Shown one piece after another: positions 20,087 through 30,230 of a stretch of 64,000 nucleotides of DNA (the first letter of the stretch is position 1; the number at the start of each line of letters is the position of its first letter). A program made the position numbers and the translations under genes. Source of the DNA: Tengunoibacter tsumagoiensis (GTDB taxonomy: Bacteria > Chloroflexota > Ktedonobacteria > Ktedonobacterales > Ktedonobacteraceae); the NCBI RefSeq assembly GCF_003967535.1, contig NZ_BIFR01000001.1:113493-177492 (forward strand), in the 5' to 3' direction. The notes beneath the pieces are model-generated. The model was not told the origin of the DNA, searched no databases, and saw nothing but the letters and a program-made list of their open reading frames with translations.

Positions 20087-21613
20087 TTAGATCAATGGTG
20101 CGTCGGGGGCTGCATTTTTAGCTTGCATCCATAAATCTGACCATTCGCTGATGGTATACGAATGTAATGCTCGCTGCTGCTGACGGGCCAGCTCTTCCAT
20201 GGCTTGAAAACGCCGCTTGAACTTACGATTGGCAGCCCGAAGCGCCTCTTCGGCATCAATCTTGAGAAAGCGTCCTAGCTTGGAGGCGATAAAGAGCAGA
20301 TCGCCAAGCTCTTCATGCTGCTCCTCAGGAGTCTTCGCCTGCTGAAGCTCCAACAACTCTTCATTTAGTTTTGCATAGACCTCGTCGAGATGATTGAATT
20401 CAAAGCCTACTTTTGCAACACGCTTCTGATATTCTTGCGCTACCATAAGGGCTGGAGTAGCCTGGGGCACACGATCGAGAATGCTTTCCTCAGCCAGATC
20501 GGTTCCAGCATTGGCACGCTCCTGACGTTTTATCTCCTCCCAGTTCTGCACAACCTGTCCGGCATTCTGTACTTCAATATTTCCAAACACATGGGGGTGG
20601 CGACGAATAAGCTTGGCATTAATCTGCTCGTAGACATCGCCAATCGTAAACTCTTCGTCTTGACGAGCAACCTCAGCATGAAGATAGACCTGAAGCAGAA
20701 GGTCACCAAGCTCTTCCGCCAGTTTGTCCATATTCTGTTCTTCCAGCGCCTCAACCACCTCATAGGTCTCTTCAATGACATAGCGCGTAAGGCTCTCATG
20801 CGTCTGTTGACGGTCCCAGGGACAGCCATCGGGGTCTCGGCGCAACCGCATGGTGATATAGCGCAACGTCTCAGGCAGACGCAGGGCAGTCAGTTCGTCC
20901 AGAGGAGGAACATAGAGGGTGCTGAGATGATTGGCAAAGGTATTGCGATCCAACTCGTAGAGAGGAAGCTCTAGCACGCTCTCCTCCTGATTAATACCAG
21001 CAGCACGAACCAGCTTCACCGGCCATTCATCAGGATAAAACTCGCTGAGAGCTAGCTTGACGGCACTTGCCAGACGGCGATTATAGACCTGGACAACAAG
21101 CAATGGGACGGTGGGAATAATCTTACCGCCAGCCTCATCTCCACTGAGAGCCGCGAGATTCGTAGCGTCAAAGATCTGCGCTCCCGCCTCAAACGGATCA
21201 AGCTCTAATAAAGAGCAGACAGGCTCAATAAATGAAAGCCCCGAGATAATCTGAGTACTTAATTGACGCTCACGAGCCATCTGCAAGAGATTCTGCACCG
21301 AGGTCTCACCAATCAAAGGATGACCAGGGACCGCATAGATCACTGGCTGCTGTGTAGCAAGCGTACAGACCTCTTGAGCAATCTGCTGATAGAGAGTATT
21401 CCAATCTTGTGATTCATCGTAGAGTCGGTCAAAGGATTCAATACGTAAAGTAGGTAGATCTTGTTGAAGAGACTCAACCGTAGGATGAATCAATGTACGA
21501 AAATAGACAGTCTGTTGCTGTTGAGCAGCCTGGGAAAAAAGAGTCTGAGCAGCTAGCGTCAGATCATGAATACTTCCCGGACCTAGCCCAACAATCGTAA
21601 TAGCAGCAGTCAT
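20087..21613 (-). CDS. mazG: Tetrapyrrole-methylase-like/MazG fusion nucleoside triphosphate pyrophosphohydrolase (YabN-type)
   Basis: N-terminal ITIVGLGPG methylase-like fold. C-terminal MazG motifs (CPWDRQQTHESL, EETYEVVEALEE, EELGDLLLQV). Confidence 0.9.
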   Translation of the reverse strand: MTAAITIVGLGPGSIHDLTLAAQTLFSQAAQQQQTVYFRTLIHPTVESLQQDLPTLRIESFDRLYDESQDWNTLYQQIAQEVCTLATQQPVIYAVPGHPLIGETSVQNLLQMARERQLSTQIISGLSFIEPVCSLLELDPFEAGAQIFDATNLAALSGDEAGGKIIPTVPLLVVQVYNRRLASAVKLALSEFYPDEWPVKLVRAAGINQEESVLELPLYELDRNTFANHLSTLYVPPLDELTALRLPETLRYITMRLRRDPDGCPWDRQQTHESLTRYVIEETYEVVEALEEQNMDKLAEELGDLLLQVYLHAEVARQDEEFTIGDVYEQINAKLIRRHPHVFGNIEVQNAGQVVQNWEEIKRQERANAGTDLAEESILDRVPQATPALMVAQEYQKRVAKVGFEFNHLDEVYAKLNEELLELQQAKTPEEQHEELGDLLFIASKLGRFLKIDAEEALRAANRKFKRRFQAMEELARQQQRALHSYTISEWSDLWMQAKNAAPDAPLI

Positions 21614-22046
21614 TGATAAACACATCCTCTCTGCAAGGCAGATAATAGCGACCTGGCAGGCTGCCTGTATCATAGTGATAGAGCAGCGGAACTGGCCGAG
21701 CCATAGACTCTTAAACGTACAAACAGGAGCATACCACCGTAATTTATATCTTGAAAGGCGAGAAAACCGCGAAATCTTCAGCTCAGCGGTAGTTCACGCA
21801 CATCGAGGCGATCGATTACTTGTCTCCACACGAACGCTGCGATGCTGGAAAGTAGTGTACTGATTGGGTCCCCGTCTGTCAAATTGCACACCTGGATAAC
21901 GACGGATAGACAGAGACAACCAGAAGAAGGTAACTATCGAACAGAGCAAAAACCTTAACATTGTCGAATGAGTAACAACGTGTTATGCTATTTTCGAAAA
22001 GAAAACAACGCTCGTTGAGAAGTCGAGCGATACAAGGAGGTTCTAC

Positions 22047-22568
22047 ATGGCGTCCGCTGAAAATGCGAAACCCACCTGCCCGGTATGCCACCAGGCAGAT
22101 AAAGTAAAAACGACGCAAGCCGCTTATAATTCTGGCGTAACGCGCTGCGCCCCACCAGACATGCCCACAAAACAAGTCACAATGACATCATACATTTCAG
22201 CTTGTATGGTACTTGTTGGTATTTGTGTCTTCCTCATCATCGTTTTTATTGGTGGTTTAGAGAATAATTTTCCTCAGCCTGCAATGCTTGCTCTGGTAAT
22301 TACCACCATTGTCTGTATTATCACTTCCCTGGCCGTCTCCTATTATGCCTTTCAGCGCGTTGTCCGTGGAGATAATGAGGTATCCGCCTATTATCCAGCC
22401 TGGGACAAAGCTATGGCAACCTGGAAAAATTGGTATTATTGTTCCCGCGACGAAGTTGTGTTTGATCCCCAGACAAACAAAGTTGTCTCCAGCGATCAAC
22501 TGACCAAAGTACGCGAATTCCGTAGTCAGCCGGATGCTCTCAAAACAGCTCTTGCTGCTCATTCATAG
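22047..22568 (+). CDS. Zinc-ribbon membrane protein (hypothetical)
   Basis: AAGGAGG RBS, a CPVCHQ...C zinc ribbon and then two TM helices. Confidence 0.55.
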   Translation: MASAENAKPTCPVCHQADKVKTTQAAYNSGVTRCAPPDMPTKQVTMTSYISACMVLVGICVFLIIVFIGGLENNFPQPAMLALVITTIVCIITSLAVSYYAFQRVVRGDNEVSAYYPAWDKAMATWKNWYYCSRDEVVFDPQTNKVVSSDQLTKVREFRSQPDALKTALAAHS

Positions 22569-22602
22569 CAAGAGAGATTGCAGCAACTGATCATACAATG
22601 TC

Positions 22603-22642
22603 AAAAGCAGTGAGAGAGAGTCGCTCATCTCACTGCTTTTGC
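22603..22642 (+). terminator. Intrinsic terminator
   Basis: GCAGTGAGA...TCTCACTGC stem followed by TTTT. Confidence 0.5.
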
Positions 22643-22661
22643 GTGTGTGGCCACTGTCTTC

Positions 22662-23555
22662 TCAGAAGGCCCGAATCTTGCGGATCTTGCGCACTGGACG
22701 CGGCCTGGCTTTTTTCGTCGCTTTTTTCTTAAGCAGGGGTTGGAGACGTGTGCGCCCGACCAGATGGGGCTCCGGTTGACGCCTGCGCCAGCGACGCTGA
22801 GGCTGCGGGGCCGGAAGCTTTCCATACAACAAAAATGGCAGGACGGCTTCCGCCACATTGGGAGCCGCTAACATAGGGGCGCTATGATTCGCAATAATCG
22901 TGACATCGTTGGGGCGTGGACGGCGGGGACGTGAGATTAAAGCATCCTGCTTGCCCCATACAAAGAGCGACGGGACTGGCGGAAGCTCAAACGGTGCCCG
23001 TCCATAGCCCGGAATCTCACGAAGGGTGCGCACGAGAATATCCAATGGTTGAAGCTCAATCTCATGCTTCCACAAATAAGTATAGTCATGGCTCAACCAG
23101 TTGAACCCCAATGCACGAATAAGGTTGTGAAGCCTCCAGTCTGAAAAGACCCACTGGCGCAACATAAGGGGATGAGGCGCACTTAACAGACTCACAAAAA
23201 CTGACCAGATCTCCCATAGATAGATTGGGCAGAGAAAAATAGCTCGGCTGATCGATTCAGGATATCGCTGCACATAGGCTTCAGCCGCTCGAGTCCCCAC
23301 AGAATAGGCCAGGAGCGACCATTTTTCGATCCCCAACGATCTTCGTACTTCTTCAATGGCTTCAGCACATGCCGGATAATAAGGAAGGTCAGAAGCGGCT
23401 TCTGGCGAGCCACCAATACCAGGCAGCTCAATCATTATTAGCTGAAAATGTGGTGTGAGTAAAGGGGCTAGATTTTGCCAGATGGTGTAAGACACGCCCC
23501 AACCATGAATTAAGAGAAGTGGAGCCCCACTTCCTTCAAGTCGGTAACGTAACAT
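22662..23555 (-). CDS. Alpha/beta hydrolase with an unusually basic C-terminal tail
   Basis: LLLIHGWGVS and a nucleophile elbow. The last ~45 aa are Arg/Lys-rich. Confidence 0.75.
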   Translation of the reverse strand: MLRYRLEGSGAPLLLIHGWGVSYTIWQNLAPLLTPHFQLIMIELPGIGGSPEAASDLPYYPACAEAIEEVRRSLGIEKWSLLAYSVGTRAAEAYVQRYPESISRAIFLCPIYLWEIWSVFVSLLSAPHPLMLRQWVFSDWRLHNLIRALGFNWLSHDYTYLWKHEIELQPLDILVRTLREIPGYGRAPFELPPVPSLFVWGKQDALISRPRRPRPNDVTIIANHSAPMLAAPNVAEAVLPFLLYGKLPAPQPQRRWRRRQPEPHLVGRTRLQPLLKKKATKKARPRPVRKIRKIRAF

Positions 23556-24077
23556 AGGCTCTGTCTTTCGCTCTTAAGTACTTTACATGCACTTTTTTTA
23601 CTGCAATAAACCACTAAAATATCATAGAAAAAATCATTGGTCTACTACAAAACATGCTTGTTCTCTATAATGATACGACGGGCCTTCATCTATCACGACG
23701 CTAACAAATATTCTGCCCAAAATGATGAAGGTCTTCAAATAGTCCTATGGCCAGAAATAGCTGTGCTGGTGAATACACTGTATCCATGTGTTACAAAATA
23801 TTTTACCATACCACTCTGTATGTGCCAAGGCCGTTCAGATATGATGCAAGTCGTTTCAATTTTTCTCATCTCGATGGCATCATCTTTCTCGAATGCTCTT
23901 GCATTCGCCGTCTATAAATGGGTATGGTAAAGAGCAGAACGTAGGACATTTGACTGGTGCTCCTGAGGAGGACTTCAGGAAAGGACTTCATCACCTGGAA
24001 TGAAAACTCCATTTTCAGAGGAGACGGACAAGATCTGAGTCAAATGGCCGGAACACTATAGAGGAAAATAACTATCT

Positions 24078-25190
24078 ATGGCCGAACAGCAAAAAATTCT
24101 GATTCTAACCTCAAAAACAGGAGGTGGTCACGTAAGCCTTGCAGAGGCTTTACGCGACCAACTGGCAGAGGGCAATCCTATCATTGAGATCATTGATCCT
24201 CAGTCACGCTTTATTCATTGGCACTATCGCATGGTCAGCCGTTATGCACTCTGGCTCTGGTCAGCAGAGTTTCAACTGATGAATACTCCTGTACGTGCTC
24301 ACATAGCACATCAGATCTTTGCTTTGCTGGTCCGCAGACCACTCGAACGTTTACTCAAACGTTTTCAGCCTGATCTTATTCTGACTACGTATCCTTTTTT
24401 AACTTTTGAAGTGATGGAAGCACTTCGGAAAGGCACAAGACCGGTCCCCTTTGGGATGCTGTTCACCGATCCACAACATATTCATGCCTCCTGGCTCACT
24501 GAAAAACGAGCCGATATTACCTTTGCCCCAACGGCTGAAACCTATCAACAGGCTCTTCAGGCTGGCTTTCCCCCCGAGAAACTCCATCAGGTCGGCTGGC
24601 CCGTACGGCTCCAATTTACGCAAAATTATGAATCTCAACGTCTGGCCCTCTTCTCTAAAATGGGGCTGGACCCTGCATGCTTTACGCTTTTTGTACAGGG
24701 TGGTGGAGAAGGGGCTGCACAGTTTGGAGAAACTATCAATCGCGTTCTCCATATCGATGAGCGCATACAGATTATCCTGGCGACAGGGACAAATCAGGCC
24801 CTGCTGACACGTTTTCAAGGCCACAAACGGCTCTTCCCTTTGCCTTTTACAAAAGAGATTGCTCCCTATATGGCTGTGTCTGATCTCATTATGGGGAAGG
24901 CAGGCCCCAATATGCTCTTTGAGGCAGTTACGTTGGGAAAACCCTTCCTGGCTACCGCCTATATTCCAGGTCAGGAAGAGGCAAATCTAGAATTTATTCA
25001 GCGCCATGGCCTGGGTTGGATTGCCCTGACCGCCGGTGAACAGGTGTCCGTTCTGACATCGCTGTTGCATGAACCCACCAGGCTGCGACAGATGATCGAC
25101 TCAGTTCAAGCTTATCGGCAACGCAACATCGAAGCATGTAACAAGATTCCCTTCTTAATGAAAGAACTTATTCCTGTTCCCTCTCATTAA
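24078..25190 (+). CDS. GT28-family glycosyltransferase (MGDG synthase / UgtP-like)
   Basis: N-terminal ILILTSKTGGGH motif and two-Rossmann-fold GT-B architecture. Confidence 0.8.
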   Translation: MAEQQKILILTSKTGGGHVSLAEALRDQLAEGNPIIEIIDPQSRFIHWHYRMVSRYALWLWSAEFQLMNTPVRAHIAHQIFALLVRRPLERLLKRFQPDLILTTYPFLTFEVMEALRKGTRPVPFGMLFTDPQHIHASWLTEKRADITFAPTAETYQQALQAGFPPEKLHQVGWPVRLQFTQNYESQRLALFSKMGLDPACFTLFVQGGGEGAAQFGETINRVLHIDERIQIILATGTNQALLTRFQGHKRLFPLPFTKEIAPYMAVSDLIMGKAGPNMLFEAVTLGKPFLATAYIPGQEEANLEFIQRHGLGWIALTAGEQVSVLTSLLHEPTRLRQMIDSVQAYRQRNIEACNKIPFLMKELIPVPSH

Positions 25191-25228
25191 TTTAAATCTA
25201 TAACGGTATGTCGTACGGTCCACAAATC

Positions 25229-25296
25229 GCAGACATGCGGGCCCTGCACTGTTTAGCGATACATATCGCCAAATGGTGCAGGGCCCGCATGTCTGC
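25229..25296. terminator. 21-bp perfect inverted repeat between convergent genes
   Basis: GCAGACATGCGGGCCCTGCAC ... GTGCAGGGCCCGCATGTCTGC. Confidence 0.6.
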
Positions 25297-25330
25297 CAGA
25301 TTGTACGATCTTAATTACACGATCTTGATT

Positions 25331-27802
25331 TTACAATCCTAACCAGCGTACCTCAATCTTTTCTTCTGCTTCTAATCCCAGAGCTACTACTGGCTGGACA
25401 TCATCAGGAAACACATCCAGCATGTTATCGCTCCACTTTACCTGATCGCCCGCTTGCAACCAGACGCCCTTTGCTGGACGTTTGCTGGAAACGCGAACGA
25501 CCCCTTCTGCACGCTCGATGCGGATCTCAGGGTCTGGCAGGTTCAGATATTTGAAAGGCTCGGGCCAGAGAGCTGCTCTCGCCATCACCACGCCATCAAT
25601 CAAGAGGCGAGCACTGATAACGTGCTGATCTGCTACACGATAGTTCAGGAGCTTTTCGTCATGTGAACGATTGGGAGCGAGTGGTGCCTTCCACCGTTCC
25701 TGAGCAATCAGCTTACCATCAAGGGTCCAGGTGGTCAGTTCAATCTCTGCTGCCACTTCAGTTGTAAGGCTGCTGCCGACCCAGACCGTTGCCTGATCCA
25801 ATCCTTCTCTGGCGAGACCGATGATGAAAGGGGCCAGCTCACGCTTTGTGGTATAATAAGCTGGCTTGGGTCGAAAGGCGTAATCGACGGTAGCCCAGCT
25901 ACTCACAGGCCAACAATCATTCAACTGCCAGATTAAAGCACCTGCGGTATACTCACAGCCCGGACCCTGCCAGAGCCGACGCCAGCCACGCAGAGCTGAT
26001 CCCAGGGCCTCAGACTGAATAAATTGGGTCGCATAGGTATAGCCCACCAGATCCGTTGCATAGCGAATGTTGCGGATCATATAAGAGGCCATCCGCCAAT
26101 CACCGCCACCAGCTTTGTTATGGCCATCCAGTGTCCGGCTTTGTGGATAGCGCTCCTCGGGCACTGTAAACTCTTCAATTGTCTTTACAGCAGGATATGA
26201 TGCCATACCGAACTCGCTTATAAAGCGTGCTGCCAGCTTCGGATAATCTTGATATGGGAGCATTTCACCATGCCAGACACTCCACACATGCACATCCCCA
26301 ATGGTTGGATCGCTGGCCCGTCGACCTCCATAGGGACTTCCAGGCCAGTAAGGGCGTGCAGGATCAAGCCTGGCACAGATGGCAGGCAAAAGTTGCTCAT
26401 AGATAGCTCTGGCTGGAAAAGGCGTCTGAAGTGGATCTTCTGCATCCAGCACTGCATCCAGGTTGGGAATACTCTCGGCAACAAGATAATCTTCGTTATT
26501 GCCAGCCCAGATTACAAGCGAGGGGTGATGCCGGAGCCGGCGCACATTGGCCTCTGCTTCCTGCTTGACACTCTCGCGCAAAGCTTCATGAGCAGGATAA
26601 ATGCCGCAGGCAAACATAAAATCTTGCCAGACCAGCAGCCCTAGCTCATCACAAGTCTGATAAAAATAATCCGACTCGTAGATCCCACCACCCCAGACGC
26701 GTAACATAATCAGGTTGCCATCAGCCGCTAGCTGCAACCACTTTCGATAGCGCTCATCGGTAATACCAGGTGTAAAGGAATCGGCAGGAATCCAATTAAC
26801 TCCACCACAGAAGATCGGAGTAGTATTGATCTCAAAGTAGAAACTTGTGCCAGGGGCCTGCTGTAAAGCCTCCTGCACCAGGCGGAGTCGGCGAGCTCCC
26901 AGGGATAGGGTCTGTTGATCAAGCACATTCCCCTGGCGCTGGACCGTTGCCACCAGACGATAAAGTGGCTGAGCGCCATAGCCACGAGGCCACCAGAGCT
27001 CTGGCTGCGCAACTTCAAAGGTATGGTGCACGTCACACCCAACCAGGGACTGCTGCCATTCAGCCACTTGTTCACCTGACGGAGCATAGAGAGCCAGCAC
27101 GACCTGAACTTCGACGGATGATGTGGCCGCCTCCAATTGAAGCTGAATAGGAAAACGAGCGGTCTTGAGATCTTCCGCAACCTCGACAGGACAGTGCAGA
27201 TCAGCAATGCGCACCTGATAGGACTCTAACCTGATCTTCTGCCAGGGGCCAGCCGTCAGAAGCGTCGGACCCCAATCCCAGCCATAATGGTATTGAGCTT
27301 TACGTACATAGAGCCGGCTACTATCGCTGTTCCACAACGTACGCTTCCCAAACTCAGCCTCTAACGCCTTACCACGGAGAAGCGCAGACTCGAATAAGAT
27401 CCAGAGCTCATTCCCTTCAGCCTGGAGGAGATGACGAACAGGCACACGAGCTGGAATAAACATATTATCGCTGTGCAGAATCACCTGCCCATTTAACCAG
27501 ACTGTGGCATAGGTATCCAGACCATCAAAACAGAGATCCTGTTCTACGCCCCCGGCAATCTCAGCAGGCACATCGAATGTACAACGATAGAGCCAGTCAC
27601 TCTCTCCAATCCACTGGACCTGCTCCTCGTTGAGACCGAAGAAAGGATCAGGAATCCGACCAGCGGCCAGAAGGTCCTGATGAATAGTACCAGGTACCTG
27701 TGCAGAGAGCCATTCTCCGGTGTCAGTAAACTCTTTTTCAAGTGGCAGTGCAGAGCTTCTTTGTTTGCACTCCCAACCGTTTGTTAATAGAAGCTGTTCC
27801 AC
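25331..27802 (-). CDS. GH2 beta-mannosidase
   Basis: 823 aa with GH2 sugar-binding, Ig-like and TIM-barrel segments and a typical beta-mannosidase N-terminus (WECKQ...VPGTIHQDL). Confidence 0.85.
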   Translation of the reverse strand: MEQLLLTNGWECKQRSSALPLEKEFTDTGEWLSAQVPGTIHQDLLAAGRIPDPFFGLNEEQVQWIGESDWLYRCTFDVPAEIAGGVEQDLCFDGLDTYATVWLNGQVILHSDNMFIPARVPVRHLLQAEGNELWILFESALLRGKALEAEFGKRTLWNSDSSRLYVRKAQYHYGWDWGPTLLTAGPWQKIRLESYQVRIADLHCPVEVAEDLKTARFPIQLQLEAATSSVEVQVVLALYAPSGEQVAEWQQSLVGCDVHHTFEVAQPELWWPRGYGAQPLYRLVATVQRQGNVLDQQTLSLGARRLRLVQEALQQAPGTSFYFEINTTPIFCGGVNWIPADSFTPGITDERYRKWLQLAADGNLIMLRVWGGGIYESDYFYQTCDELGLLVWQDFMFACGIYPAHEALRESVKQEAEANVRRLRHHPSLVIWAGNNEDYLVAESIPNLDAVLDAEDPLQTPFPARAIYEQLLPAICARLDPARPYWPGSPYGGRRASDPTIGDVHVWSVWHGEMLPYQDYPKLAARFISEFGMASYPAVKTIEEFTVPEERYPQSRTLDGHNKAGGGDWRMASYMIRNIRYATDLVGYTYATQFIQSEALGSALRGWRRLWQGPGCEYTAGALIWQLNDCWPVSSWATVDYAFRPKPAYYTTKRELAPFIIGLAREGLDQATVWVGSSLTTEVAAEIELTTWTLDGKLIAQERWKAPLAPNRSHDEKLLNYRVADQHVISARLLIDGVVMARAALWPEPFKYLNLPDPEIRIERAEGVVRVSSKRPAKGVWLQAGDQVKWSDNMLDVFPDDVQPVVALGLEAEEKIEVRWLGL

Positions 27803-28140
27803 AGAAAGATAGTGGTCCTTTCAACATGATTCACCTTTGACAAGATAAGATCAAGCATAGCAGTCTTTGTGCTCTATCGCAATGGTTGATACCACTTCTC
27901 TCGCCTGGATATTTCAGACATAGAGAGAGAGATCATACACTACAGACTATCTATAAACAGCGTATGCATGAGAAATTTACAAACAAAAGCTTGACAGTAA
28001 CTATCTCAGCCCTTTATACTCATAAAAGGAATCGGAGTAACACAACAGGTGACCCGCATCCAGACAAAAAAAACGAAAGATACAACAAATGCTCAGCAAC
28101 CAACCGACAACACAACATACGTATTATTATTGGTTTAGCC

Positions 28141-28226
28141 CTCCAGCATGATGGTGGGCCCTTTGGGCTGAGCAAAAAAAACCACCAGCGTGCTGGAGAA
28201 GCAGAGGATTGATCCTCTGCTTTTTT
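28141..28226 (+). promoter_or_regulatory. Candidate leader/attenuator with terminator hairpin and U-tract upstream of the DAHP synthase gene
   Basis: GCAGAGGATTGATCCTCTGC followed by TTTTTT at 28201-28226. An upstream CTCCAGC (28141) can alternatively pair with GCTGGAG (28192). Confidence 0.35.
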
Positions 28227-28338
28227 GTTTCTTTGAAATGGATCACCTGCTTATCGCGACAACACAGGGCATTGATGAACGTTTTTACAACGTAAGGCAG
28301 CAATTAGCGCATTAGTAGTTGAAAAAGGGAGTAATTTC

Positions 28339-29400
28339 ATGATTATCAGTATTCACACACAAGCTACCAGCGAAGAACGAGCACAGCTTATGACGCTGCT
28401 GTGTCGAATTACCGGGAGTCAACGTCCGATAACCACGACGATGATGACCGAACGAGAAGTCATAGCTTTAGACGGTACAATCATTGATGCCCAGGCCCAG
28501 ACAGCCATTAACGAACAAAGTGCAGTCGATTCCATTCACACCCTGAAAACCCCCTATCAACTCGCCAGCCGCCTCTTTCAAGCCACCAGCACCAGCATTA
28601 CTATCGGCACAACCCACGATTGCGAACCTGTCACGATCGGCGGTACTGCCTCCCCTGTGATTATGTCCGGCCCATGTGCTGTTGAATCAAGAGAGCAACT
28701 CATCTCAACCGCACGTGCGGTCAAGGAGGCAGGTGCGCAAGTATTACGTGGGGGGGCCTTCAAGCCTCGTACCTCTCCCTATCAATTTCAGGGCCTGGGC
28801 ATCGAAGGACTGCACATGCTCTCTGAAGCTCGCGAAGTAACCGGGCTGCCAGTCATCTCAGAGGTGATGGAGCCTGATATGGTAGATACGGTGGCGCAGC
28901 ACGTCGATATCCTCCAGGTTGGAGCTCGTAATATGCAGAACTATCCTTTGCTGATGAGTGTAGGCCGACACGCCAGGAAGCTCCCGGTCTTGCTCAAACG
29001 CGGACTATCCTCGACCATTGATGAGTGGTTACTGGCTGCCGAATATATTATTGCTGCTGGCAATCCAAATGTTATTCTCTGTGAACGTGGTATTCGTAGC
29101 TATGATCCAATGACGCGCAATGTTCTCGACTTAACCTGCATTCCTTTGCTGCATGAGCTGACACACCTCCCAGTCATCGCAGATCCAAGCCATTCGACGG
29201 GACGCCGCGAACTGGTCCCCGTTATGTCTCGCGCCGCAATTGCCGCTGAGGCCGATGGCCTGATCATCGAGACCCATATTGATCCAGACCGCGCCTTATG
29301 CGATGGACGTCAATCTATTACGCCAGCTCAATTAGAGAAAATCGTCCATGAGACCCGACTATTGACTCAACTCATGAAGGGCGATGTTCGCGTAGCCTGA
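28339..29400 (+). CDS. aroF: 3-deoxy-7-phosphoheptulonate (DAHP) synthase, type I-beta with N-terminal regulatory domain
   Basis: KDO8P/DAHP-synthase core ([30 protein letters not shown]). AGGGAG RBS. Confidence 0.9.
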   Translation: MIISIHTQATSEERAQLMTLLCRITGSQRPITTTMMTEREVIALDGTIIDAQAQTAINEQSAVDSIHTLKTPYQLASRLFQATSTSITIGTTHDCEPVTIGGTASPVIMSGPCAVESREQLISTARAVKEAGAQVLRGGAFKPRTSPYQFQGLGIEGLHMLSEAREVTGLPVISEVMEPDMVDTVAQHVDILQVGARNMQNYPLLMSVGRHARKLPVLLKRGLSSTIDEWLLAAEYIIAAGNPNVILCERGIRSYDPMTRNVLDLTCIPLLHELTHLPVIADPSHSTGRRELVPVMSRAAIAAEADGLIIETHIDPDRALCDGRQSITPAQLEKIVHETRLLTQLMKGDVRVA

Positions 29401-29583
29401 CGTAAAACTCTCTGTACACACCCATTCTCTCTCATACAAAGGCCTAAAAGATGGGCATATGAGGTCCTACATTTAGCCTCCGCCCTATCGACTCAGGATG
29501 CACAGTTATGATATACTCATTGTACGTAGAAAGAGTATTTAGTCTAGTGGGTGGGGAATAGACCAAGGCTTTGAGGAGACACT

Positions 29584-30156
29584 ATGCCAACACGAATCAT
29601 TATTGCAGATGACGAAGCCATTCAACGCATGGATCTGAAAGATGTGTTGACCAAGCAAGGCTATCTCGTAATTGGCGAAGCGGGAGATGGCCAGAGCGCT
29701 GTCAACCTCGCTCGCGAGTTACGGCCTGACTTGCTCATCATGGACATTCGTATGCCCGACATGGACGGCATTGCCGCCGCCGAAACGCTTACTCAGGAGA
29801 AGATTGCACCGGTGTTGTTGCTCACAGCCTTCGGAGATCAGCAGTTGGTCGAACGTGCTAAAGAGGCTGGCGTTGTGAATTATATCGTTAAACCCCTTCG
29901 CGAAAGCGAAGTCGCACCAGCTATCGAGGTCGCCCTCGCACGTTATAGCGAGTTCCGCTCTCTTGAAGAAGAGAATCGCACGCTCGCCGAAAAACTGGAG
30001 ACACGTAAGGTTGTCGAACGCGCTAAGGGTCTCTTGATGGAGAAACAGGGCCTCAGCGAGCAGGAAGCGTTCCGTAAAATTCAGAAAGCCAGCATGAATA
30101 ATCGCAAATCTATGCGTGAAGTTGCCGAAGCTATCTTACTAACCAACGAAATGTAG
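29584..30156 (+). CDS. ANTAR-domain response regulator (AmiR/NasR-like)
   Basis: Receiver domain plus a C-terminal ANTAR domain (RAKGLLMEKQGLSEQEAFRKIQKASMNNRKSMREVAEAIL). Confidence 0.85.
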   Translation: MPTRIIIADDEAIQRMDLKDVLTKQGYLVIGEAGDGQSAVNLARELRPDLLIMDIRMPDMDGIAAAETLTQEKIAPVLLLTAFGDQQLVERAKEAGVVNYIVKPLRESEVAPAIEVALARYSEFRSLEEENRTLAEKLETRKVVERAKGLLMEKQGLSEQEAFRKIQKASMNNRKSMREVAEAILLTNEM

Positions 30157-30230
30157 CTCTACAGAGATGAGATTAGCATGCTTGCAATGGCGCAACATGC
30201 TCACCTTATCTAACAAGATAAGATGAATTC

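Noticed and set aside
23637-23930. 97 aa ORF in the divergent promoter region between the alpha/beta hydrolase and the GT28 gene
   Set aside because: AT-rich with no RBS. It looks like a spurious intergenic ORF.
27886-28212. 108 aa ORF upstream of DAHP synthase
   Set aside because: It has no RBS. The product is low-complexity and basic, with no domain. The region is better explained as a structured leader with a terminator hairpin.
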